Below, one piece after another: positions 37,545-44,511 of a stretch of 64,000 bases of DNA. The notes beneath the pieces are model-generated. The model ran no database searches, was not told where the DNA came from, and saw nothing but the letters and a program-made list of their open reading frames with translations. Each line of letters starts with the position of its first letter. The stretch's first letter is position 1. Location of the stretch: the IMG/VR virus record IMGVR_UViG_3300047585_000133, positions 1 to 64,000 of that record. One strand, written 5' to 3'. The stretch comes from a virus. The position numbers and the translations under genes are program-made.

Positions 37545-37622
37545 CTGAAGGAATGCTGAAGGCCAAACCCGGGGCTGGTGCCGACGAAGAGGCCTCCTGC
37601 CACCAGCAGCATTCCTTCTCAC

Positions 37623-37696
37623 GGGCAAGTAGCAGAACGGCATATGCGGCGGATTCAAGCTCCGCGCTCTTACGGGTTCGAATCCCGTCTTGCCTA
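37623..37696 (+). tRNA. tRNA-Leu(CAA), short variable arm
   Basis: GCGGA-TTCAAGC-TCCGC. Confidence 0.85.
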
Positions 37697-37776
37697 CGTG
37701 CCGGGTCGCTCCCGGCGGAGCAGGGGATCGTGCACAGGACCCGTCCTGCCCAGTGGACCGGGGAAGTGCTCACCAT

Positions 37777-37848
37777 TGGAGTATGGCGTAATCGGCAGCG
37801 CGCCGGGTTCTGGTCCCGGCGGTCTAGGTTCGAGTCCTGGTACTCCAG
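37777..37848 (+). tRNA. tRNA-Gln(CTG)
   Basis: CCGGG-TTCTGGT-CCCGG; U1:A72. Confidence 0.95.
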
Positions 37849-37916
37849 CGTGATCGTCGGAGTTTCGTTGGCAGGATCCCAGTCCTGCACCTGGGCAACT
37901 TCGCCGGCGGTCTTAT

Positions 37917-37989
37917 GCCCCTGTAGCTCAGACGGAAGAGCAGTGCACCCGTAATGCACAGGCCAGCGGTTCGAAGCCGCTCGGGGGCT
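37917..37989 (+). tRNA. tRNA-Thr(CGT)
   Basis: GTGCA-CCCGTAA-TGCAC; C33. Confidence 0.9.
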
Positions 37990-38189
37990 CGTAGTGCAAC
38001 ACCGGAGACCTCGGTCTCGCATGCACGTCCGGGTAGCGCAAGGTGGAACCGTCCGGCGGTTAGAAGGAGCGAGGTACAGGCGGGGCTCCCGCGACGGCTA
38101 GGGATGAGGCCGTCACCACGATCGTGATCCTGGTCAGGCCCAGGTGTGCGAGTGGCCATAGGCATGAGGGCCGCCGCCAGGATCACCAT

Positions 38190-38274
38190 GTCCGTGTGGC
38201 GAAATGGCATACGCGCCAGCTTGAGGTGCTGGTGCCCCGCGAGGGGTGTGAGGGTTCGAGTCCCTCTTCGGACA
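38190..38274 (+). tRNA. tRNA-Leu(GAG)
   Basis: Class II with long variable arm. Confidence 0.92.
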
Positions 38275-38449
38275 CATGGTGGGAGATCCCGGTGACGGGC
38301 TAACCGGGGCGGATTGCGTCCAGCGGTCTGCTAGCTCAGGGCCGCTTCTGGACAGAAGAGCCCCACCTTACACGCCTCTGGCTCCAACGAGCGGGCGTCC
38401 CCTGTACGGACACCAGCCCGGGGTGGCACCGGGTGGAGGCTCCATTCGA

Positions 38450-38520
38450 TCCGGGATCGTTTAACGGCAGGACGCGGTATTTTGAGTGCCGCTGTGTTGG
38501 TTCGAGTCCAGCTCCCGGAA
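38450..38520 (+). tRNA. tRNA-Gln(TTG)
   Basis: CGGTA-TTTTGAG-TGCCG. Confidence 0.9.
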
Positions 38521-38532
38521 CGAAAGTCACAT

Positions 38533-38605
38533 GCCCGGATAGCTCAGTTGGCAGAGCATGCGCATGGTAAGCGCAAGGTCATCGGTTCAAATCCGTTTTC
38601 GGGCT
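38533..38605 (+). tRNA. tRNA-Thr(GGT)
   Basis: TGCGC-ATGGTAA-GCGCA. Confidence 0.92.
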
Positions 38606-38617
38606 CGCATTAAATAT

Positions 38618-38689
38618 GTCGGCGTAACTCAGCGGTAGAGTGCGGCGTTGCCAACGCCGTTGTCGCGGGTCCGAATCCCGTCGCCGACT
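38618..38689 (+). tRNA. tRNA-Gly(GCC)
   Basis: CGGCG-TTGCCAA-CGCCG; T loop TCCGAAT. Confidence 0.9.
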
Positions 38690-38911
38690 CTATGGGGTAC
38701 CAGATCTCTGCTGGCCCAAAGCCCGAGCCATGGCACAGAGCATCCTCCGAGGCCGGACGCGGCCGACGGGGACCCCATTTCAGGCAGGTACAGGATCAGT
38801 ATGGTCTGGCAAAGCGGCGGAAGTCGCCATTCTCCGGAGAACGCAACCTGACCTGACTCCCTATCCGACTCCCGGGACGGATCCAGACAAGGGGGATAAG
38901 TCCCGGGGCAT

Positions 38912-38983
38912 GCGACCGTAGTGTCAAAGGCAGCACACGACCTTCCCAAGGTCGGTGAGCCGGTTCGAATCCGGTCGGTCGCT
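38912..38983 (+). tRNA. tRNA-Gly(CCC)
   Basis: CGACC-TTCCCAA-GGTCG. Confidence 0.92.
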
Positions 38984-39100
38984 CACCTGACACCAGCATC
39001 AGGCTCCGCGAGCCGCCTGCCCCAAGGTTTCCGGGCAGATGAGACTACGGTTGCCCAAAGGTATCTTCAAGCGGACTCCGGGCTGGCGGGGTCCGTCCAT

Positions 39101-39185
39101 GGGCGTGTGGTGGAACGGCAGACACGCTGGCCTCAGGTGCCAGTGGCCCGGAAGGGCCGTGAGGGTTCGAATCCCTCTTCGCTCA
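39101..39185 (+). tRNA. tRNA-Leu(CAG)
   Basis: Class II with long variable arm. Confidence 0.92.
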
Positions 39186-39288
39186 CAAAGCCGCTGGCGA
39201 CGCGGCGGCCTGGCATGGCGGGATCAGCATTTCCAGGATGCCCGCCTGACCATTTACCCCAAGCCTGGACCCGGGGGAGCGTCGTAAT

Positions 39289-39373
39289 GGAGAGTGAACC
39301 GGACGGGCGTCCGGGCTTCGCTGCTAACGAATGCGCGCTGTGAAGGCGTGGGTTTCGAGTACTCCGCTCTCCG
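39289..39373 (+). tRNA. tRNA-Ser(GCT), 8/4 acceptor/T-stem type
   Basis: Acceptor GGAGAGTG/CGCTCTCC (8 bp); T stem GGGT/ACTC (4 bp); G73. Confidence 0.8.
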
Positions 39374-39806
39374 CTCGACGGGCTGTAAGGAACGGGTTGT
39401 TCCGGCCGGCAAGACGGGTTCGAGTCCCGTACAGTCCACGCGGGGTTCGATTCCCCGCTACGGGTGCTGCGACCCGTGCCAGGCTCCGGCCGCGAAGCGC
39501 TCCCAGGGGCGACCGCAGATTATGGAGAGGTCGCCTAGTCTGGCCTATGGCGCCGCGTCGGAAGCGCGGTCGGGGTAACCCTCGCGAGTTCGAATCTCGC
39601 CCTCTCTGCCACTCGCCGGCAGCCATGTCCAGAGTGAGCACCTCCTGCTGGCCGGGGGTCGTGAAGATGATCTCCACGCCGAACTCCCCGTGCTTGCCCT
39701 CCACCATGAAGAGGGCCCTCTTGATCATGGTCACCACAGGGAGCGCAGCCGCGTCTGGATTCTTCAGCCCCCGGACCGTCACGGTCACCTTTATCTCGCC
39801 TTCCAC
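39324..39806 (-). CDS. Hypothetical protein inserted antisense in the tRNA array
   Basis: Coding-like GC3 only over 39612-39806; the frame then runs antisense through tRNA-Ser genes. Confidence 0.45.
   Translation of the reverse strand: MEGEIKVTVTVRGLKNPDAAALPVVTMIKRALFMVEGKHGEFGVEIIFTTPGQQEVLTLDMAAGEWQRGRDSNSRGLPRPRFRRGAIGQTRRPLHNLRSPLGALRGRSLARVAAPVAGNRTPRGLYGTRTRLAGRNNPFLTARRAESGVLETHAFTARIR
39380..39438 (+). ncRNA. Anticodon-less tRNA-Ala-like RNA
   Basis: Acceptor GGGCTGT/ACAGTCC-A with G3:U70; perfect T arm; no anticodon arm. Confidence 0.7.
39524..39611 (+). tRNA. tRNA-Ser(GGA)
   Basis: Class II; C33; encoded CCA. Confidence 0.92.
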
Positions 39807-39821
39807 CCCGGAAGGCTATCT

Positions 39822-39904
39822 GGCGAGGTCGCACAGTGGCCTAGTGCGCTTGCTTCGAAAGCAAGTGGGGGCGACCCCCGTGAGTTCGAATCTCACCCTC
39901 GCTG
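39822..39904 (+). tRNA. tRNA-Ser(CGA)
   Basis: CTTGC-TTCGAAA-GCAAG; class II. Confidence 0.92.
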
Positions 39905-39988
39905 CTCTGTCCCGGCCGCTCACTTCGCGTGCTTCGAGGTTTCGTGAGCCTCCCTCTTTTAGGTCGCACACGAGCCGGGACAGGTCAT

Positions 39989-40071
39989 GGCGGGGTCGCC
40001 TAGCGGCCTAGGGCGCCGGCTTTGAAACCCGGTGAGGGGAACCTCCGTGGGTTCGAATCCCACCTCCGCTG
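39989..40071 (+). tRNA. tRNA-Ser(TGA)
   Basis: Class II; C:C at 31:39. Confidence 0.88.
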
Positions 40072-40269
40072 CTAGACGCCCGTGCGGGTGCGCCTGGTGT
40101 TCCAGTTGCCCGCGCCCCAGCCGGACCCGAACCCGGCGGCGGCGAGCGCGAAGAAGGCGAGCCCGATGGCGATGATCCCGACGACGACGGTCAGCGAGAT
40201 GCTGTGGACGCCGACGATCGCGATGATCGCGGCGACGATGAAGGCGAGGACGGCAAGGCCGTAGGTCAT
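40072..40269 (-). CDS. Small two-TM membrane protein
   Basis: Two hydrophobic helices, basic tail, RBS AAGGAG. Confidence 0.75.
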   Translation of the reverse strand: MTYGLAVLAFIVAAIIAIVGVHSISLTVVVGIIAIGLAFFALAAAGFGSGWGAGNWNTRRTRTGV

Positions 40270-40328
40270 GACATGCTCCTTCTACTGGAGGAGCATGCGC
40301 TCCCCGGTGCTTCCGGGGCGCGCACCAC

Positions 40329-40402
40329 GGGCGTGTAACTCAGATGGTCAGAGTACTTCCCTGATAAGGAAGAAGGCGCTGGTTCAAGTCCAGCCTCGCC
40401 CA
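40329..40402 (+). tRNA. tRNA-Ile(GAT)
   Basis: CTTCC-CTGATAA-GGAAG. Confidence 0.92.
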
Positions 40403-40472
40403 CCGGCACGCAGCGATCATCTGAGCCAGGACGTTCCGGAGACACGGCTGTACCGGGCGCTGCGAGCCTCAC

Positions 40473-40545
40473 GGCGGTGTAGCTCAGTCGGCAGAGCACC
40501 CGACTCATGATCGGGTTGCCGGTGGTTCGATCCCACCTACCGCTA
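40473..40545 (+). tRNA. tRNA-Met(CAT), elongator type
   Basis: CCCGA-CTCATGA-TCGGG; unusual G37. Confidence 0.88.
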
Positions 40546-40547
40546 CC

Positions 40548-40623
40548 GGGGGCGTATCCCCTCTGCCTTATAAGCAGTCGAAAGGGTAACCGGTGCAAGC
40601 GGGTTCAAGCCCCGCCGCCCCTA
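40548..40623 (+). tRNA. Non-canonical tRNA-Ile(TAT)-like RNA without a normal D arm
   Basis: Acceptor GGGGGCG/CGCCCCT-A; CTGC-CTTATAA-GCAG; T arm GCGGG-TTCAAGC-CCCGC. Confidence 0.7.
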
Positions 40624-40624
40624 C

Positions 40625-40695
40625 GCCTCTCTAGCACAATGGAATGCAGCGGGCTTTTACCCCGTGGAGTCAGGGTTCAAGTCCCTGGGGAGGCA
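40625..40695 (+). tRNA. tRNA-Lys(TTT)
   Basis: GCGGG-CTTTTAC-CCCGT. Confidence 0.85.
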
Positions 40696-40699
40696 CTGA

Positions 40700-40773
40700 G
40701 CGCCAGTAGCTCAGCGGAACAGAGCGGCTGGCTTCTATCCAGCTGGTCGGGGGTTCGATTCCCTCCTGGCGTA
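40700..40773 (+). tRNA. tRNA-Arg(TCT)
   Basis: GCTGG-CTTCTAT-CCAGC. Confidence 0.92.
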
Positions 40774-40857
40774 CGTGAACGGCCGCGCTTAAAGACGGCC
40801 CCGTGGACCCGCAGCTAGCGGCGGGGACTCAGAGACTCGTCGGTCAAGCAGTCCTAT

Positions 40858-40929
40858 GGTCCTATCGTCTAGCGGTCAGGACGGCTGCTTCTCAGGCAGC
40901 TGACGCGGGTTCGACTCCCGCTGGGACTA
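40858..40929 (+). tRNA. tRNA-Glu(CTC)
   Basis: GCTGC-TTCTCAG-GCAGC. Confidence 0.92.
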
Positions 40930-41109
40930 CGAACACGGGTAAGCGCGCTTGGCCTTTACCGGACCGATCATCCGGGTAACGGCCTGGAGACCCTGAAGGG
41001 CGAAGCCTCGGCTATGAGGGCTTGTTATGATCCTCCTGTGAAGCAGGGAAATCGCCCTGGGACCGGCGGTACATGGCACGCCCGGGGACCCGCCTGCAAC
41101 GCGCACCAA

Positions 41110-41181
41110 GCCCCCATCGTCTATTGGTTAAGATCGCGGCCTTTCAAGTCGCGGAACGGGGTTCGAATCCCCGTGGGGGAG
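41110..41181 (+). tRNA. tRNA-Glu(TTC)
   Basis: GCGGC-CTTTCAA-GTCGC; 1:72 mismatch. Confidence 0.88.
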
Positions 41182-41212
41182 CAAGGCCGGGACTGTTATC
41201 CTGGTCGTGCGA

Positions 41213-41287
41213 CGCGGAGTGGGGAAGTTCGGTGTTCCCGCTGGCCTCATAAGCCAGAGATCGCTGGTTCAAATCCAGCCTCCGCTA
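41213..41287 (+). tRNA. tRNA-fMet(CAT)-like
   Basis: C1:U72 mismatch as in initiators; anticodon stem CTGGC/GCCAG lacks the third G-C pair. Confidence 0.85.
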
Positions 41288-41567
41288 CGAGAGAAGCAGG
41301 TGCTAGCGCTCTTACGTCCGGACGTACTGGGGGCCTGTTCGCTAGCACCGGACCGTGACCGGCTGCCCGGCCGGCTCTCGCAACGGGCAGGCCCATCCGG
41401 ATGGCAGTACGGGTGTCAGCAGACCCCCTCGCGCTGCGGGCCGAAGCGGGGGACCAGAATCTTCTAGTGCGAGGAGAAATCATGCGAGAAAAAGACCCGG
41501 CTCCGTGCGGCGCCTGCGGGCAGGTACACGACGGGCCGTGCCCTGGCCAGGGCGGCTGAACGAACGA

Positions 41568-41641
41568 TCTCCGGTAGCTCAATCGGCAGCAGCAGCGTCC
41601 TGTTAAGGCGATGGTTCCAGGTTCGAGTCCTGGTCGGAGAG
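41568..41641 (+). tRNA. tRNA-Asn(GTT)
   Basis: Loop CTGTTAA; U1:A72; G73. Confidence 0.88.
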
Positions 41642-41718
41642 CTGTGCGGTCCTGCCCGCGCCGACACCACCCGGGATGCACGGGGAGGGAAGCACCCGGC
41701 GGGGTGCAGCAGGATCAT

Positions 41719-41792
41719 GGTTGTGCAGAGCAGACGGAGTGCTCGCCTCCCTGTCAAGGAGGAGATCACGGGTTCGAGTCCCGTCACGACCG
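41719..41792 (+). tRNA. tRNA-Asp(GTC)
   Basis: CCTCC-CTGTCAA-GGAGG; G73. Confidence 0.92.
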
Positions 41793-42006
41793 CTGAGGGG
41801 AAGGTCATTACCGGGCGGCAGGACACCTTCCCCTTCAGTCCAGCCCGGCGCGGCGCCGGAGTTCGCGGTGGGCAACCTGGCTGACGTTCAGGATGGCGCG
41901 CCAGCCGCCGTACCACTTGCCGACGGCAAGTCCGACAAGTAGACCGACGACCAGGCCTGCGAGGAACATACCTTCAACGGTACCTCCGGCCGAAGTGCCT
42001 GACTAC

Positions 42007-42081
42007 GGGTGTTTAGCTCAGCGGGAGAGCGCTGTCTCGACAAGGCAGAGGCCGCAGGTTCGATCCCTGCACCACCCACCA
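42007..42081 (+). tRNA. tRNA-Val(GAC)
   Basis: C33; encoded CCA. Confidence 0.9.
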
Positions 42082-42209
42082 GCAGCATGGGCTCTACCCG
42101 GTGATCTCCAGGGGCCGGCAGTTTCGTTCTAGACTCCGGGGCGGCTGGCGGAAGGTCCGAAGGCGGTAATCCTGGTTAAGCCGCCCGAATAGCCCATGCT
42201 GCTGTACAT

Positions 42210-42283
42210 GCCCTCATAGCTCAGCGGACAAGAGCGGCGCGCTACGGACGCGCAGGACGGGAGTTCGAGTCTCTCTGGGGGTA
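42210..42283 (+). tRNA. tRNA-Arg(ACG)
   Basis: GCGCG-CTACGGA-CGCGC. Confidence 0.92.
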
Positions 42284-42450
42284 CGCGAAGGTGGTGTAAG
42301 AGGCCGGCTCCGGCCGGGTCCGTGCGCACGGGCCCGGCCGGACAGGGGACCTCAAACGGAAGGAGGCGGAACCATGGATAACCGCGCTCCGGACAGCACT
42401 CCCCGGTTCCACCCGGGGCAGTCCTGGCAGAATCCAGGCCTTCGTGCCAC

Positions 42451-42522
42451 GGGCAATTAGCTCAGCGGGAGAGCGCTTCGTTCACACCGAAGAAGTCGGC
42501 GGTTCGAGTCCGTCATTGCCTA
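42451..42522 (+). tRNA. tRNA-Val(CAC)
   Basis: CTTCG-TTCACAC-CGAAG. Confidence 0.93.
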
Positions 42523-42524
42523 CC

Positions 42525-42600
42525 GGGTCGTGATCCATATGGCTGAGGAAACGGTTTGTGAGACCGTTATTGACGGGTTCGAATCCCGTACGACCCTCCA
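42525..42600 (+). tRNA. tRNA-His(GTG), atypical
   Basis: ACGGT-TTGTGAG-ACCGT; U73 and no encoded G-1; encoded CCA. Confidence 0.8.
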
Positions 42601-42601
42601 T

Positions 42602-42686
42602 GGCAGGTTACTCAAGCGGCAACGAGGGCGGCCTGTAAAGCCGCTGGCCCAGTCCTGCGCTGGTTCGAGTCCAGCACCTGTCACCA
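42602..42686 (+). tRNA. tRNA-Tyr(GTA)
   Basis: Class II; encoded CCA. Confidence 0.92.
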
Positions 42687-42687
42687 T

Positions 42688-42761
42688 GCACCTGTAGCTC
42701 AGCGGACAGAGCGCCGGTTTCCGGAACCGGGTTGCCGGGGGTTCGAGTCCCTCCAGGTGCA
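42688..42761 (+). tRNA. tRNA-Arg(CCG)
   Basis: CCGGT-TTCCGGA-ACCGG. Confidence 0.92.
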
Positions 42762-42915
42762 CGTGCATCCCCAGGGCCGCCGGCTAACCATTGGCCGGTT
42801 ACAACAGCCCCCTGCTCAGTCCTCATGGACATACATGGCCGGATGAAGGGAGTCCTGGTACCAGGCGGCACCTCCAAGTGCCCGGTACCGGCGGATAGGC
42901 CCGGGGATGCACCCT

Positions 42916-42987
42916 GACGGGATGGCCGAGCGGCTCAGGCACGCCCCTGCAAAGGGCGATACACGGGTTCGAATCCCGTTTCCGTCT
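42916..42987 (+). tRNA. tRNA-Cys(GCA)
   Basis: CGCCC-CTGCAAA-GGGCG; U73. Confidence 0.93.
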
Positions 42988-43022
42988 CGGGGACCTGGTC
43001 CGGTGCACCGACGCAGATGCTA

Positions 43023-43095
43023 AGCCCGGTAGCTCAGCGGACAGAGCCGCCGTTTCCTAAACGGAAGACCGAGAGTTCGAATCTCTCCCGGGCCG
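43023..43095 (+). tRNA. tRNA-Arg(CCT)
   Basis: Loop TTCCTAA; canonical D and T arms. Confidence 0.88.
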
Positions 43096-43135
43096 CCTGA
43101 ACGTGTTCCGCTGCTGAGCTGCGCCGGGAAGGGTC

Positions 43136-43468
43136 ATGAGCACGCCGATCCCGCCCGATACCGTCGCCCAGGGGCAGACCGGGCACATCGCCGCCCACAA
43201 CTCGATCTCCGACGTCCTGACCCAGTTCGAGAACCAGCTGTCCGCCATTCCCGGCCTCAGCTACGGGACTGCCACCCTCGTCGCCGGGTCGGTGAACGTC
43301 ACCCTGCCGTCGGTGACCACGGGCGTACCCATCCTCGTTTCACGGATGACCCCGGGCGGGACCGTCGGCCACCTGGCCGTTCCTGTCGTCAATAACGGCA
43401 GCGGCTTCACCATCACCTCCAGCTCGTCCGCCGACACCTCCGTGATCGCCTGGCTCGTCCTCGGCTAG
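43136..43468 (+). CDS. Small virion protein
   Basis: GTATLVAG...FTITSSSSADTS fibre-type C-terminal motif. Confidence 0.7.
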   Translation: MSTPIPPDTVAQGQTGHIAAHNSISDVLTQFENQLSAIPGLSYGTATLVAGSVNVTLPSVTTGVPILVSRMTPGGTVGHLAVPVVNNGSGFTITSSSSADTSVIAWLVLG

Positions 43469-43496
43469 CGGCCACGGAAGGACTAGGAGGAAATCA

Positions 43497-44051
43497 ATGT
43501 CCGTCATGGAATCCGACCTGCCCTCGGCAGGCGACGCGCTGTCCGTCATGTGCCAGAACCAGATGTCCGGCCGTACCGTCATCGCGGCCGATGCCAAGCG
43601 GAACTACGAGGTCGTCTGGGAAGGGAAAGGGGACCCGGACGGCAACGACGTCCAGCCGATCCCCGACGCCCTGCTGCGCACCATCCAGTTCCAGCGGGCT
43701 ATCAGCCGGGGGGTAATCCGCGTCGTCGAGGGAGCCGACCACCCGGTGGTGAAGCAGGCCCTGGCCCGGCAGAACGACTCGTTCGCCAGGCGGATGGCCG
43801 CCTCCGACATGGCCGCCCGCGAGGTGATCGACGCCCCTGCCGCGAACGACATCACCGTGGTCAACTGTTTCGGCCCCGGCAGCCGTGAGGGAGCCGTCTG
43901 CGGGGAGCAGGTGCCGGTCCGCTCCGGGGACACCGGCAAGCCGCCGCTGTGCGACCGCCACGCGGGACTGAAGGACCGCTGCGTCAAGCGCGGCGACGGC
44001 CCCTGGGTCCTGGAGGACGACGGCCTCGCATTCGAGGGAGGGCAGTTCTAG
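43497..44051 (+). CDS. Conserved phage hypothetical protein
   Basis: WEGKGDPDGNDVQPIP; C-terminal Cys/His; RBS AGGAGG. Confidence 0.7.
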   Translation: MSVMESDLPSAGDALSVMCQNQMSGRTVIAADAKRNYEVVWEGKGDPDGNDVQPIPDALLRTIQFQRAISRGVIRVVEGADHPVVKQALARQNDSFARRMAASDMAAREVIDAPAANDITVVNCFGPGSREGAVCGEQVPVRSGDTGKPPLCDRHAGLKDRCVKRGDGPWVLEDDGLAFEGGQF

Positions 44052-44088
44052 ATGGACGCGCTCAGCGCTGCGGCAGCAGGGACCTGAA

Positions 44089-44511
44089 ATGACCAGGGGG
44101 CACGTCGACCCGGCGATGATGACCGGGACCTATGACACCTCGGACACCGCCGGGCCGTCGGCTCCGCATACCGAGCTGCGCGGAGTGACCCCGGCCTTCG
44201 ACATGGCCCGTGCGTCCGACCTGGCCTGGGCGCTGCGCGCCATGGACCCGGATGACGAGGACGTCTCCCCGAACGTCGTGCAGACCAGTCCGGGGCTGAC
44301 CGTCAACCGGGGAGACCCGGACGGCGACCGCCAGCGGGTAGCCGACGCTGCGCAGCGCGCCAGGCAGGCCCTGGAAGAGGCGGGCATGGACCTGGACGCG
44401 AAGACCGGGGCGATCCGGACCAGAGACCACTCCGCGCCCTGGGAAAACCACGCCGCCGCGATCGGGCCGATGACCGTTGTTGACGAGAATACTGACCGGA
44501 GTGCCGGATGA
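44089..44511 (+). CDS. Hypothetical virion-region protein
   Basis: High GC3; ATGA coupling to the next gene. Confidence 0.65.
   Translation: MTRGHVDPAMMTGTYDTSDTAGPSAPHTELRGVTPAFDMARASDLAWALRAMDPDDEDVSPNVVQTSPGLTVNRGDPDGDRQRVADAAQRARQALEEAGMDLDAKTGAIRTRDHSAPWENHAAAIGPMTVVDENTDRSAG

Noticed and set aside
34900-43100. Many ORFs listed across the tRNA array
   Set aside because: They overlap tRNA cloverleaves and lack coding GC3 bias; only the two minus-strand inserts were kept
34900-43100. Full-length tmRNA or CRISPR array
   Set aside because: No tag reading frame between TLD halves; the recurring GGTTCGA is the tRNA T loop, not a CRISPR repeat with regular spacers
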